Positions 28,641-39,851 are shown, counted from the first letter of the stretch. The stretch: DNA of 64,000 bases from an uncultured cyanobacterium (GCA_963793425.1 CAWCAG010000005.1:512001-576000), one strand, 5' to 3'. Notes: generated by a model not told the origin, from the letters alone. Translations and numbers: made by a program.

Positions 28641-30860
28641 ATGACCGATTCAGCAAAAACTCTTTGTCCTTACTGTGGCGTTGGTTGTGGGCTGGAAGTC
28701 TCGCCTCCTGCAATTCCTGGTCGTCCGACAAATCGCGATAGTCAAGGAAATCCGATCTGGAGAGTGAGGGGCGATCGCGAACATCCTTCTAGTAAAGGGC
28801 AAGTTTGTGTCAAGGGAGCAACCGTTGCTGAATCCTTAGATAAAGACCGTCTTAAATATCCCATGTTCCGGGAGTCTTTAACAGAACCATTTCGCCGCGT
28901 GAGTTGGGAAGAAGCTTTTGAGGAGATAGTAGAGCGAATCAAAAATATTTGCCTTACTCAAAGTCCGGAAGCAATCTGTATGTATGGTTCCGGTCAATTC
29001 CAAACAGAAGATTATTATACTGCCCAAAAATTGCTTAAAGGTTGTCTTGGCACTAACAACTTTGATGCTAACTCCCGTCTTTGTATGTCCTCAGCAGTGG
29101 CTGGTTATAGTCAAAGTTTTGGTTCCGATGGCCCCCCTTGTTGTTACGATGACCTAGAAGAAACCGATTGTGCTTTTTTGATTGGTACGAACACCGCAGA
29201 ATGTCACCCCATCGTTTTTAATCGCTTGCGGAAGCATCACAAAAAAAATCGCCATGTGAAAATGATTGTGGTTGATCCCCGCAGAACCCCAACAGCAGAA
29301 GTTGCGGATTTGCACTTGGCTATTAAACCAGGAACAGATATTGACTTGCTTAACGGTATTGCTAACCTTTTGATGCGTTGGGGTAAGTTAGATACCCTTT
29401 TTATTGATAGCTGTACCAAAGATTTCGCTGCCTATGCAGAAATTATTCCTTATTACCCCCCAGAATTAGTCGCCCGTAGATGTGGCATTCGCCTCGATGA
29501 ATTAGAACAAGCTGCTCGTTATTGGGCAAATTCTAACCGTGTCCTCTCCATGTGGTCGATGGGCATTAACCAATCTTCGGAAGGTACAGCGAAAGTACGT
29601 ACTATTATCAACCTTCATCTCATGACTGGCAATATTGGTAAGCCGGGGGCAGGGCCTTTTTCTTTAACGGGGCAGCCCAATGCCATGGGAGGAAGAGAAG
29701 CAGGAGGACTGGCACATATTTTACCGGGTTATCGAGTAGTTAAAAATCCTCAACATCGCGCTGAAGTCGAACAGGCTTGGGGACTGGAATCAGGTAGTAT
29801 TTCTGCTTATCCCGGCAAAGATACTTGGAGTATGATTACTGGCTTGGAGCGAGGTGAGGTAGGTTTTTTGTGGATTGCTGCTACTAATCCGGCAGTGAGT
29901 ATGCCGGATATCCGCAGAACTCAAGCAGCTTTAAGAAAGTCTCCCTTCACGGTTTATCAAGATTCCTACTACCCTACAGAAACCTCAGAATACGCCCACT
30001 TGCTGCTTCCTGCTGCCCAGTGGAGTGAAAAAACTGGTACAATGACAAACTCAGAACGAGTTGTTACCCTTTGCCCTGAGTTTCGCTACCGTCCAGGGGA
30101 AGCAAAAGCAGATTGGGAGATTTTTGCGGAGGTGGGGCGGCGTTTAGGTTTTGAAAAAGAATTTGATTTTCCTAACTCCGCTGCTGTTTATGCTGAGTTT
30201 ACCCAACTAACTCGGAATCGCCCTTGTGATGCCAGCGGAATTAGTTACGAACGGTTGCAAGAAGAAGGACCAATTCAATGGCCTTGTCCAGAAAATCAAG
30301 AAGATGCCCATGTCCCTAATGACCATGGGAAAAGACTTTATACAAATCTCCAGTTTAATACCCCAGATAAAAGAGCAGTTTTCGCTGCGTTCCATTCACG
30401 AGGTTTAGCAGAACCCCCCGACGAGGGTTATCCTTTCGTCTTAACCATAGGTCGGGTTTACGGCCACTGGCACACTCAAACCCGTACCGGACGTATTGAA
30501 AAGATTGTGAAGATGCACTCCGAACCTTTCGTTGAAATTCATCCCCAAGATGCTAAGAAAGTTGGCATTAAAGATGGGGACTGGCTCTTGGTGCGATCCC
30601 GTCGCGGTACTTGTCGCTTACCCAGTATCGTTACCAAAGCAATCGCACCTGGTACAGTGTTTGCACCAATGCACTGGGGCGCTCTTTGGGCTGATGATGC
30701 GGAAGTAAATGCCCTTACTCATGCAGAAGCCTGTCCTTCCTCCCTTCAGCCGGAGTTGAAAGCTTGTGCTGTTCAACTCGTACCCGTTGCTGCTGAGTCG
30801 AATGAATCAGATGCTCTGGTCAATCTCAAAGAGCAAGTAACCACGGAATTAAGGACTTAA
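28641..30860 (+). CDS. narB: Ferredoxin-dependent assimilatory nitrate reductase
   Basis: CPYCGVGC...CVKG [4Fe-4S], [37 protein letters not shown]. Confidence 0.97.
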   Translation: MTDSAKTLCPYCGVGCGLEVSPPAIPGRPTNRDSQGNPIWRVRGDREHPSSKGQVCVKGATVAESLDKDRLKYPMFRESLTEPFRRVSWEEAFEEIVERIKNICLTQSPEAICMYGSGQFQTEDYYTAQKLLKGCLGTNNFDANSRLCMSSAVAGYSQSFGSDGPPCCYDDLEETDCAFLIGTNTAECHPIVFNRLRKHHKKNRHVKMIVVDPRRTPTAEVADLHLAIKPGTDIDLLNGIANLLMRWGKLDTLFIDSCTKDFAAYAEIIPYYPPELVARRCGIRLDELEQAARYWANSNRVLSMWSMGINQSSEGTAKVRTIINLHLMTGNIGKPGAGPFSLTGQPNAMGGREAGGLAHILPGYRVVKNPQHRAEVEQAWGLESGSISAYPGKDTWSMITGLERGEVGFLWIAATNPAVSMPDIRRTQAALRKSPFTVYQDSYYPTETSEYAHLLLPAAQWSEKTGTMTNSERVVTLCPEFRYRPGEAKADWEIFAEVGRRLGFEKEFDFPNSAAVYAEFTQLTRNRPCDASGISYERLQEEGPIQWPCPENQEDAHVPNDHGKRLYTNLQFNTPDKRAVFAAFHSRGLAEPPDEGYPFVLTIGRVYGHWHTQTRTGRIEKIVKMHSEPFVEIHPQDAKKVGIKDGDWLLVRSRRGTCRLPSIVTKAIAPGTVFAPMHWGALWADDAEVNALTHAEACPSSLQPELKACAVQLVPVAAESNESDALVNLKEQVTTELRT

Positions 30861-30861
30861 G

Positions 30862-31074
30862 TTATTTTCCTAAGCTACTCCAAACACCAGCTTCTCCAAT
30901 AACTGGGACGTTCTGGTTGCCAGAATTAGTAAAACCAGCAATGATAGGAATTAATCCGAAAATAAAGGAAGCAATAACTACCAAGAAAATTGTACTAAGA
31001 GAAGAATGGTCGCCAGAAACAGAGGAAGCGCTTAGTACAGAGGAATTGTTGTGTTTAATATCTTGGCTGTTCAT
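30862..31074 (-). CDS. Small single-TM hypothetical protein (70 aa)
   Basis: ATG start, one hydrophobic helix, stop abutting the narB stop, NtcA box upstream. Confidence 0.6.
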   Translation of the reverse strand: MNSQDIKHNNSSVLSASSVSGDHSSLSTIFLVVIASFIFGLIPIIAGFTNSGNQNVPVIGEAGVWSSLGK

Positions 31075-31127
31075 AATGAATTAATTGAATTATCTTTATG
31101 TACATCCTACATCGTTTCAGGTAAAAA

Positions 31128-31141
31128 GTAGCAGTTGTTAC
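31128..31141. promoter_or_regulatory. Putative NtcA box
   Basis: GTA-gcagttgt-TAC, 53 nt upstream of the 70 aa ORF start. Confidence 0.6.
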
Positions 31142-31545
31142 AGAAATATATTTACAGTTCGTGATTTCTCTGTCTAAACTTTAAGGATATTTAGTTGTAT
31201 AAGTACAGGTTATGCAATAGGCTCTTGAAAATCATGATTCTTAAAGTTACACAACTTCATAACTTGACAAGAATCAAGAAAATTATTCTTGTCAAACCCA
31301 GTAAATTCGTGGTTTAATCAATATTAGCGAAATGTCACTTTGGGGTTTTTATAGCTAAAAGTAGTTTTCAGGCTTTACAAGCTCGATAAGACGTTGTTAA
31401 CAAAAAGAAAATTATTTAATTAAGGGTAAGATGACGAACAAAGTTTTGTAACAAAATCAAATTTGGTTTGACAAAACCGCACTTTCATGAATCAGAAGGT
31501 TTTTTAGTTACCACTTCACCATCACCTCATCAATCCCAAAACTCA

Positions 31546-32415
31546 TCATCTAAAAAACAGCACTGGAATATGAGAACGCCGTAGAACTTGAGCCGTAGTG
31601 CTACCGAGAACTAAATGGCGGATGCGACTGTGACCATAAGCTCCCATAATTAAAAAATCAATATCCTCTTTGTTAGCATAGTCAACAATCGCTACATCAG
31701 AATCACCTTGTAGTAGTTGGCAAACTGGCTTAAACCCCCATTCAATCAAGCTTGTTTCTGCTTTTTCTAAACGGGCGATGGCAACTTTGTCTTCATATTT
31801 TTTAGCTACGGTAATCACATGAAGTTCTAAGTTTTTAAAAACAGGTGTCTGTCCGATAAATTGTAATGCTTGCTTGCTGCTTTTGCCCCCGTCATAAGCG
31901 AACAAAACCTTTTTTATGGGATGGAAGTCGCGGGAAGTGACTAAACAAGGTTTATGGCTAGAACGAGCAATCCGTTCTAGGTTCGCCCCTAAATGTTCTG
32001 TGGCGAAATTAGCAGTTTCCCCTCGCTTACCTAAGACAATCAGATCCGCCCCTTTTTCCAGTTCATGGAATTTATCCACTAGGAAACCAGTTTCGTGGGT
32101 GAGGGTAATAGCTTCAGGAGCAAGATTATGGCTGAGGAAAAACTGTTGAGCAGATTCTAAAATAATTTTTGCTCGGAGGTGATTAACTTTTGCTCTTTCA
32201 TGCTCTAAGTCTACTAATTTATCTAACAATTCTTGGTAAGTATCAATGCCCAAGTTCCCACTAAAATCATGGGTTTGCACAGCTTGTTCTTTACGCCTAT
32301 CAGTAACGTACAAAACTTCTATTTCTATAGGTATTCGCTTTGCTAACCAAGCAACGTATTCATAACCAATTTGAGCAAAAGCCGAACCATCGGTGCAAAG
32401 GAGGATTTTTTTCAT
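31546..32415 (-). CDS. Universal stress protein (tandem USP domains)
   Basis: ILLCTDGS, ADLIVLGKRG, AYDGG, LIMGAYGHSR...LGSTT. Confidence 0.95.
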   Translation of the reverse strand: MKKILLCTDGSAFAQIGYEYVAWLAKRIPIEIEVLYVTDRRKEQAVQTHDFSGNLGIDTYQELLDKLVDLEHERAKVNHLRAKIILESAQQFFLSHNLAPEAITLTHETGFLVDKFHELEKGADLIVLGKRGETANFATEHLGANLERIARSSHKPCLVTSRDFHPIKKVLFAYDGGKSSKQALQFIGQTPVFKNLELHVITVAKKYEDKVAIARLEKAETSLIEWGFKPVCQLLQGDSDVAIVDYANKEDIDFLIMGAYGHSRIRHLVLGSTTAQVLRRSHIPVLFFR

Positions 32416-32416
32416 A

Positions 32417-32518
32417 GGGAGTTGGGGAGTTGGGGAGCTAGGGAATTAGGGAACTAGGGAGCTAGGGAGTTGGGGAGCTAAAACCAACCTATTACTTATT
32501 ACTTATTACTTATTACTT
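32417..32518. repeat. Short tandem repeats (gggagYtR octamer-like and ttattac)
   Basis: Direct reading of the sulP-usp intergenic region. Confidence 0.85.
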
Positions 32519-32520
32519 AA

Positions 32521-33999
32521 CTAGTGGCTTGCTAAATCTTTTAATCCTTCAGGTTTATCATGAATGGCGAGTTTATCTAACAGAGTGGCACTTGCTTTAT
32601 TGAGTCCTACAAGTTTAACTTCAGCCCCCTTACGACGAAATTTGAGGATGATTTTATCAATAGCAACAATCGCAGATTGATCCCATAAATGGGCCTGGGT
32701 TAAATCGATAATTACCAGTTCTAAATCTTCCCTAAAGTCAAAAGCAGCCAAGAAATCATTAATAGAAACGAAAAAGATTTGACCACTGACATAGTAAGTC
32801 AGCTTGGTTGCATCGGCGCTAAGTTCACTTTCTACAAATACCAATTGAGCAATTTTACGAGAAAAGAACAAGGTACTTAAGGCAACACCAAATAGAACTC
32901 CTAAAGCCAAGTTGTGGGTAATCACAGTAATGGCAACTGTAACCAACATCACCGTTGTTTCACTTTTTGGTAAGCGCTGGAAATTTAAAGACTTCCAATT
33001 AAAAGTACCAATGGAAACCATAATCATCACTGCTACCAATGCTGCCATGGGAATTCTTTCTACCCAACTGCCCAAAATTAGCATGAAAAGAAGTAAGAAA
33101 ACCCCAGCACTAAAGGTAGAAAGGCGAGTTCGTCCCCCAGATTGAATGTTGATAACCGATTGCCCAATCATGGCACAACCGGCCATACCCCCAAAAAAGC
33201 TAGTAATAATATTGGCGATGCCTTGACCCCTTGCCTCTTGATTTTTGTTGCTTGGGGTGTCAGTGAGATCATCAAGTACTGAAGCAGTTAAGAAAGATTC
33301 CAACAAACCCACTACTGAAAGGGTGAGGGCGTGGGGAAAAATAATTCTCAGGGTTTCTAAATTATAAGGAACTTGGGGGATATGAAATGCAGGTAAAGTC
33401 CTGGGCAAATCTCCCATATCCCCTACTGTTGGGACATTCACATTACCAATTAAGGCAATTAAAGTAAGAATAATAATCGCAATTAAAGGGGAAGGAACCG
33501 CTTTTGTCAAGCGAGGTAGCAGATAAATAATTGCCAAACCCCCAGCCACCATAGCATACATTTCCCAACCCACCCCCACAAACTGGGGCAGTTGAGCCAT
33601 GAAAATCAAGATTGCTAGGGCATTGACAAAGCCCACCAAAACGGAACGGGGTACATATTTCATCTGCCGCCCTACCCTCAGCAGTCCCCAAATAATTTGC
33701 AAAATCCCCGTGAGGATACCCGCAGCAAAAAGGTACTCAATGCCATGGTCTTTAACTAAATAAACCATCAGCAAGGCCATAGCCCCAGTTGCTGCTGAGA
33801 TCATCCCCGAACGACCTCCAGTAAAGGCAATAGTCACCGCCATAATAAAAGAAGCGTACAACCCGACTTTCGGGTCTACCCCAGCCACAATGGAAAAGGC
33901 GATCGCTTCTGGAATTAAAGCGAGGGCAACCACAACTCCTGCTAGTAAGTTACCTGGAATATCTGAGAACCATTCGTTTTTTAGAGTTGTTGCCTTCAA
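32521..33999 (-). CDS. SulP/SLC26 inorganic anion transporter with STAS domain
   Basis: [38 protein letters not shown]-terminal STAS; TTG start. Confidence 0.95.
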   Translation of the reverse strand: MKATTLKNEWFSDIPGNLLAGVVVALALIPEAIAFSIVAGVDPKVGLYASFIMAVTIAFTGGRSGMISAATGAMALLMVYLVKDHGIEYLFAAGILTGILQIIWGLLRVGRQMKYVPRSVLVGFVNALAILIFMAQLPQFVGVGWEMYAMVAGGLAIIYLLPRLTKAVPSPLIAIIILTLIALIGNVNVPTVGDMGDLPRTLPAFHIPQVPYNLETLRIIFPHALTLSVVGLLESFLTASVLDDLTDTPSNKNQEARGQGIANIITSFFGGMAGCAMIGQSVINIQSGGRTRLSTFSAGVFLLLFMLILGSWVERIPMAALVAVMIMVSIGTFNWKSLNFQRLPKSETTVMLVTVAITVITHNLALGVLFGVALSTLFFSRKIAQLVFVESELSADATKLTYYVSGQIFFVSINDFLAAFDFREDLELVIIDLTQAHLWDQSAIVAIDKIILKFRRKGAEVKLVGLNKASATLLDKLAIHDKPEGLKDLASH

Positions 34000-34066
34000 A
34001 GTTTTTTTTAAGTTTCGTCACCAAATAGTAACATTTTGCCGGAAACCAATGAGCAGCGACGAAAGA

Positions 34067-35203
34067 TTATCGTTTTTCTATACCCAAATAAGGTGCATTA
34101 TGGTTTCCTGTATAAACTTGAGTGGGACGGAAAATGCGGTTAACGGCAAGCTGTTCTTTCCAATGTGCCAACCAACCTGCTGCCCTGGCGATCGCGAATA
34201 TAGGAGTAAATAAATCTGTCGGAATGCCCAACTTGCGATAAACCAAGCCAGAGTAAAAGTCTACGTTGGCATAAATGCCTCTATGACCTAAGTTTTCTTC
34301 CACTACAGTTTCCAACTCTAAAGCCATTTCGTAATATTTATCATCCCCAGCTTCAGCAAATAGCTTTTCTGCTAAACCCTGCAAAATAATGGCTCTAGGG
34401 TCTTTAACCTTATAAACTCGATGCCCGAAACCCATAATTTTCTGTTTATTTACCAAGCAATTTTCGATATAGGGGCGAACCTTAGCCACAGAACCAATTT
34501 CTTCTAACATATCAATAACTTCTTCATTAGCACCACCGTGTAAAGGTCCAGCTAATGTTCCTACCGCCGAAGCAATTACGCCATAGGGATCAGTTAAAGT
34601 AGAAGCTGTTACCATTGCCGAGAACGTAGAAGCATTAATCGTATGTTCGGCATGAAGAATCAGACAAACTTCAAAGATTTTTGCAGCAATAGGGTCTGGT
34701 TCTTTTTCAGTCAGCATATACAAAAAGTTAGCTGCATAACCAAGATCATCTTTTGGCTTGACCGGATCATGACCCTTACGCATCAACTTAAAAGCTGCCA
34801 CCATTGTCGGAATCTTGGCTAACAGCCTCACCACCGCTTCGCGAATATATTCTGGGTTATCCAAAGCACGGCGAGAATAAAACAAACCCAAAGCTGCTGC
34901 TGAGGTTTGTAGGGCATCCATGGGGTGACTAGTTTCCGGGAAACATTTCATCATATCCCGAATACGATACTTAATACGCCGATGATGATTAACATCGTAT
35001 TTAAAAAGGGTAAGTTCTTCTTCTTTAGGTAACTTGCCCCAAATCAATAAGTAGGCTGTTTCTAGAAATGTAGACTTTTCTGCCAATTCTTCAATACGAA
35101 TACCGCGATACTCAAGAATTCCTTGTTTGCCATCCACATAGCTAATATCAGACCGGGCTGCGGGAATACCTTCTAAACCTGGTTTATATTCACAAACTGT
35201 CAT
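34067..35203 (-). CDS. gltA: Citrate synthase
   Basis: GLEGI, LHAEHTINAST, GPLHGGANE, GFGHRVYK..DPR, NVDFYSG. Confidence 0.97.
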   Translation of the reverse strand: MTVCEYKPGLEGIPAARSDISYVDGKQGILEYRGIRIEELAEKSTFLETAYLLIWGKLPKEEELTLFKYDVNHHRRIKYRIRDMMKCFPETSHPMDALQTSAAALGLFYSRRALDNPEYIREAVVRLLAKIPTMVAAFKLMRKGHDPVKPKDDLGYAANFLYMLTEKEPDPIAAKIFEVCLILHAEHTINASTFSAMVTASTLTDPYGVIASAVGTLAGPLHGGANEEVIDMLEEIGSVAKVRPYIENCLVNKQKIMGFGHRVYKVKDPRAIILQGLAEKLFAEAGDDKYYEMALELETVVEENLGHRGIYANVDFYSGLVYRKLGIPTDLFTPIFAIARAAGWLAHWKEQLAVNRIFRPTQVYTGNHNAPYLGIEKR

Positions 35204-35295
35204 ACTTCTACCAATAAGCGACAAAATACTATTGAGATTAACTTGCTTTGATGGGCCAAGTAGTCATTTTTACTACAAGTAAGCCTAGATAAAAA

Positions 35296-35778
35296 TCAAA
35301 GAATCCACTGAGGAGAACTGAGTAAAAACAATTCACTATTACCTAGAGGAGGAGAATGATCGGGAAGTTTCAAACCAATGACACCAGCCTTCTTAACAAT
35401 TAGTTTCTCTGAACACTCACCCCAAACTAAAATCTCCACCCAGTTACCTAAATTAGGTTGATGACCTACCAAAGCAAGATAGCTAACTTTATTATTATCA
35501 TGCCAGCTAAGCCAATCTTGAATATTTCCCTCTGGGGCAAGGGGAGGAAAAACTTCTATCTTTGGACTTAAACCCTCTTCTTGTAAGATTTGTGCTGTTT
35601 GCTTGGCTCTAATTAAAGGGCTGGTTAAAATTAAATCAAACCCAACACCTTTTTGCCAAAGGTGTTGAGCCACTTGACGAGTCTTCTTTTCTCCTTTTTT
35701 AACTAAAGGCCTCTCCTCATCGTTGAGATAAGTCCCCCGTTCAGCAGCTATGCCATGACGAATCAAGTACAATTTCAT
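35296..35778 (-). CDS. sixA: Phosphohistidine phosphatase SixA
   Basis: LIRHGIA, SPLIRAKQTA, LVGHQP; upstream of gltA. Confidence 0.92.
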   Translation of the reverse strand: MKLYLIRHGIAAERGTYLNDEERPLVKKGEKKTRQVAQHLWQKGVGFDLILTSPLIRAKQTAQILQEEGLSPKIEVFPPLAPEGNIQDWLSWHDNNKVSYLALVGHQPNLGNWVEILVWGECSEKLIVKKAGVIGLKLPDHSPPLGNSELFLLSSPQWIL

Positions 35779-35848
35779 TCAGTTATCAGCTATTCAGTAA
35801 ACACTTTAGTCTTGGGCAACGGCTAAGTCGTACAGTTATCAGTTATCA

Positions 35849-36616
35849 ATGACACATACTATTGTTAGTTTTTATTATTTTAAAGAGCTTTCTAACTACG
35901 AGGAAATGCGCCTGGGCTTAGAATCTTTGTGCGCTCAACAAAACCTCAAAGGAACAATTATTCTCGCTTCTGAGGGTATCAACGGCACTATAGCAGGTAG
36001 TCAGGAAGGAATTGATACTTTGCTAAACTATTTGCGCCAACAATCTCGCTTCCCTAACTTAGAAGTTAAAGAATCTGTGGCGGAACAAAATCCTTTTAGA
36101 CGGCTCAAAGTCAAGGCAAAAAAAGAAATCGTTACCTTTGGTATTCCCGTCGGCGATCGCGTTAGCAAAAGAGGAACTCCTATTCAACCCCAAGAGTGGA
36201 ACCAACTAATCAGCGATCCTGAAGTGACAGTAATCGATACTCGCAACGACTACGAAGTTGGTATTGGCACTTTTCAAGGAGCAAAAGATCCTCAGCTTAA
36301 GTCCTTTCGTGAGTTCCCCCATTATGCTCAAGAAAAACTTCATCCCCAGAAGCAGAAGAAAATTGCTATGTTCTGTACAGGAGGAATACGGTGCGAAAAA
36401 GCCAGTGCTTATTTATTAGAGCAAGGTTTTGAGCAAGTGTACCAACTCCAAGGCGGCATTCTCAAGTACTTAGAACAAGTTCCTCCCCAAGAAAGTAAGT
36501 GGCAAGGAGAATGCTTCGTATTTGACGAGCGAGTCAGTGTAGACGAAAATCTACAACCAGGCACTTATACACTTTGCCCAGAAACAGGATCGCCAGTTTT
36601 AGATGGTAATGGCTAA
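35849..36616 (+). CDS. trhO: UPF0176/TrhO-like rhodanese-domain protein (tRNA U34 hydroxylase family)
   Basis: EGINGT, DTRNDYE..IGTF, MFCTGGIRCEKA, GECFVFDER. Confidence 0.88.
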   Translation: MTHTIVSFYYFKELSNYEEMRLGLESLCAQQNLKGTIILASEGINGTIAGSQEGIDTLLNYLRQQSRFPNLEVKESVAEQNPFRRLKVKAKKEIVTFGIPVGDRVSKRGTPIQPQEWNQLISDPEVTVIDTRNDYEVGIGTFQGAKDPQLKSFREFPHYAQEKLHPQKQKKIAMFCTGGIRCEKASAYLLEQGFEQVYQLQGGILKYLEQVPPQESKWQGECFVFDERVSVDENLQPGTYTLCPETGSPVLDGNG

Positions 36617-36741
36617 TGGCTAATAGCTAATGGCTAGTTGCTAGTTGCTAGTTGCTAATCGCTAACTGATCAATGATCATTGTTCGGCTTGCCGTTGCCG
36701 TTAGGCATCATTGATAACTGAATAACTGACAACTGATAACT
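36608..36741. repeat. Heptamer repeats (aatggct, tagttgc, taactga) with an embedded small dispersed repeat at 36682-36706
   Basis: Direct reading; gttcggcttgccgttgccgttaggc is an inverted relative of 16322-16342. Confidence 0.75.
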
Positions 36742-36744
36742 TAA

Positions 36745-38208
36745 ATGTCCAACTCAGACCACAACATTAATAGATTCAACCGACTGCAACCATTAGATAG
36801 AGTTGCTTTGGGTACTATTTTGGTCATTTTAGTACTGGTTAGTATCTTGCTTCTAGTTGGCGATCGCACTTCTGTTCGAGTTGCAGATTTTAGTTGGCAG
36901 AACAAACAGGTAGGAGTTGGGGATCGCTCTTTCGCCTTGACTTTCAACGCCCCTATTAACCCAGCAAGTGTAGAAAAAGAAGCTTTATCCATCAAACCTG
37001 GCTTAGATGGGAAAGTTAGTTTGGTAGGAAGGCGGATGTTTTATAATCTCACGGAGATCCCCGCCTATGAAACTAAATATACTGTCGTCTTGAAAAGTGC
37101 GAAAGATGAATTAGAACCTTTTAGCAGTAACTTTATCACCCGCGATCGCTACTTAGCTTATATAGGGGTTAAAGGAGAAGAAAAAGGGCGATTACTGCTC
37201 TATAATTGGGCAGAGAAAAGTAAGGTTATACTTACGCCTCCTGCTTTAGTCGTAACTGACTTTGTAGCTTATCGAGAAGGAGATAAGTTATTGTTTTCTG
37301 CCTGGAGAATTGGTAGCAAAACCCAAAAGTTTTCTCAACAGAAACTTTATACCGTTACCACAGGATTAAACTTTGCTTCTACTACTCAAGCAAAACCTTC
37401 AGGAAGACTGGAATTAATTTTAGATGCTAAAGACTACCAAAATCTCCAGTTTTCTTTATCTCCAGCAGAGGAAAAAATTATTGTCCAAAGAGTTAGTCGT
37501 ACTAACCCAGGAGAGTTTGGCTTATGGTCAATATCTTCAGATCAAGAAGCAGAATCTTTGGGGATCAAAGGAGGAGAGTTTCAGATTACTCCCCAAGGAG
37601 ATACCATAGCAGTTGCTCAAACCCAAGGGATCAAAACCTTTCCCCTCATTCCAGAAGCCTCTACAGAAGTACTTTTCTCTAATTATGGCCGCATACTTGA
37701 TTTTTCTCGTCAAGGTAGCAAAGTGATGGTAAAGTTCAACCCGGATGCTACCCAGTCCTTGTTTTTAGTTGAGCAAACAGGACAAGGAGAAGGAGAAGCA
37801 AAAGAAGTACTCAAAACTCAAGGCTCTATTTTTAGCTGCCAGTTTGAACCGCGTCAAGAAGAAGCTCTTTATTGTTTAATCACGCAACGAACAGAAGAAA
37901 CAACCTCAGAGCAATCTACTCTAACACTTATTAATCTTAAAACATTTCAAGCAACTCCTCTCATTGCTTTACCTAATCAACAAGCCGTTAAAATGAATAT
38001 AGCCCCTGACGGGAGTAATTTGGTTTTTGAGCAATTATTAGCTCCTATACCCGGTTCTTCTACTCTATTGCAAGGAAATGATGGACAAGGGATTTCATCA
38101 GGAAAGATTTGGTTACTAAATTTACCAAATATTCCTTCTCCAGATAATTTAGCCGCAGAAAAACCGCAACAACTAGTACCTGGTTTTAAACCAACTTGGC
38201 TACCTTAA
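36745..38208 (+). CDS. Membrane-anchored protein with Ig-like domain and TolB-like beta-propeller
   Basis: N-terminal TM, LTFNAPI.P.SV Ig-like segment, repeated xPxG propeller blades, C-terminal PTWLP. Confidence 0.7.
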   Translation: MSNSDHNINRFNRLQPLDRVALGTILVILVLVSILLLVGDRTSVRVADFSWQNKQVGVGDRSFALTFNAPINPASVEKEALSIKPGLDGKVSLVGRRMFYNLTEIPAYETKYTVVLKSAKDELEPFSSNFITRDRYLAYIGVKGEEKGRLLLYNWAEKSKVILTPPALVVTDFVAYREGDKLLFSAWRIGSKTQKFSQQKLYTVTTGLNFASTTQAKPSGRLELILDAKDYQNLQFSLSPAEEKIIVQRVSRTNPGEFGLWSISSDQEAESLGIKGGEFQITPQGDTIAVAQTQGIKTFPLIPEASTEVLFSNYGRILDFSRQGSKVMVKFNPDATQSLFLVEQTGQGEGEAKEVLKTQGSIFSCQFEPRQEEALYCLITQRTEETTSEQSTLTLINLKTFQATPLIALPNQQAVKMNIAPDGSNLVFEQLLAPIPGSSTLLQGNDGQGISSGKIWLLNLPNIPSPDNLAAEKPQQLVPGFKPTWLP

Positions 38209-39005
38209 TCGACTACAAAATGAGGGAATACTAGGTAAGTTGTTGAGGCAACAAATTCAATAAAACTGGTCAGGAATTTGTTAGAATTTTTATTTACTTT
38301 TTTCGAGTAGATAATATAAAATTAGGTTAAGTATGTATATAACTTTTTTTCTCTAGTTATATGCAGAAATATCTAAGCTAGATTTGAGCAAGTAGGAAAT
38401 TTTAATCTCAGCATAATCTCTGCCAAACAAACTTTTGTCAGACAGACTAGAGAGATAGGGCATCTACACTTCCAGTTTTTTTATACATAAGGAATTTACT
38501 GTTGAGGCGCAAGATGGTAAAAGCGGTTGCTCTATCAATTGATCAAGGCTTGCAAGGTGAAAACTTGCAATATTGCCACCAGCCTAGTGTTGAAAAATAT
38601 CTCTATCCATTAAAAAGTAAGCTCATCCTTTTAAACATTAATAAGTTAATAAATTTCCTTACGTTATTAAAGTAGCCATCATTTTAAAGTACATCCCAAC
38701 AAGTGCAAGTCGCTCATGCCGATGTTAATCCTCCACCAAGATGAAGATTAGCATCAACAAGTGATTAGTAGAGCCTACTAGCAAACCTTTAAATATTTTT
38801 TTAGGGAAGATTAAGAGCAAAATTCCCTGAAACTTCCCAATCTAAAAGTAAAAAAGAAAAGACCGGGAATGTCTTTTTGTAACTCAGAGTAGTCAAAGAA
38901 ATATTTTTTACTCTTTGCCGTAGTTGTGGGCAGCAAAAGGCAGTCAGCACTTATGAAAAACAACTAAGTATTAAAACAGTTTCAAGCACTAAGGAAAATG
39001 GGGAA

Positions 39006-39692
39006 ATGATTGTTGGTAAAGACGCAGATAATAACGAACCATTCGCTATACCACAAGAAGAAATAGAAGAAACACCGGAAATTAGAACTTCTCAATTAAA
39101 ATTTACTAATCGAGAATTTTATCAAAGACTACCTCAAAAACCGTTATTACTTCTGGGGGTAGGTTATTTCTTTTTAGGTATATTACTAGGGTTTCATCAA
39201 GCGCCTTGGTTAACTTGGTTGTTAACCGGGTTTAGCTCTTTGTTAGGAGTATTCAATAGTTCTTTAACTTTTTTCGTCCCCGTAATCGCTACTTTTTGTG
39301 TTCTTAGCTCTACCTCTATGTCCATTGTGACCGTAGTATTAGGGGCAGTAATGGCTTTAGTATTTCTGGGCTTACTCTTCTCCCTGGATTTTGATATTAC
39401 CAAAGCCTTAGAAGGAGGAGTATGGATCGGGGGGTTAATCTCTGGGGTTTTGTTACTAACTGACTTGTTTTTCAATGGCATCAATGCTTTTAGTAGCGAC
39501 GAGGAAATTTTTGCCGGTGCTGTTCCGATGGGGATCACTCTTTTGGTGGGCATAATCACCATTACCTTTGGTGCTAGTGCTTGGGTTCCGATGGGTTCTA
39601 AAGGCTTTGCCAAAAAGCAAACTCTACAAACTTTCGCTTTAGTTACAGGAATAGGCTTATTCCTCGGTTGGGGATTGGAAATGCTTCTTTAG
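39006..39692 (+). CDS. Hypothetical multi-pass membrane protein
   Basis: 228 aa ORF with about six hydrophobic helices. Confidence 0.7.
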   Translation: MIVGKDADNNEPFAIPQEEIEETPEIRTSQLKFTNREFYQRLPQKPLLLLGVGYFFLGILLGFHQAPWLTWLLTGFSSLLGVFNSSLTFFVPVIATFCVLSSTSMSIVTVVLGAVMALVFLGLLFSLDFDITKALEGGVWIGGLISGVLLLTDLFFNGINAFSSDEEIFAGAVPMGITLLVGIITITFGASAWVPMGSKGFAKKQTLQTFALVTGIGLFLGWGLEMLL

Positions 39693-39851
39693 ATGTAGAT
39701 TGGCGACCACAAGAACCAAAATTTGCCACGATGTTAAGGATTGATGCACAATTACTGTCAAAGTAACGGCAATAAGCTAAGATTCAGTCTCAAATGCTGG
39801 CTAATTTCTTAACTTAGTGTTTAAAATTTTGGTTTTATGAGGAGTCGAACT

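Noticed and set aside
31546..33999. sulP-usp pair as a novel system, or the SulP as BicA
   Set aside because: The pair is a common arrangement, and the substrate cannot be assigned from sequence alone.
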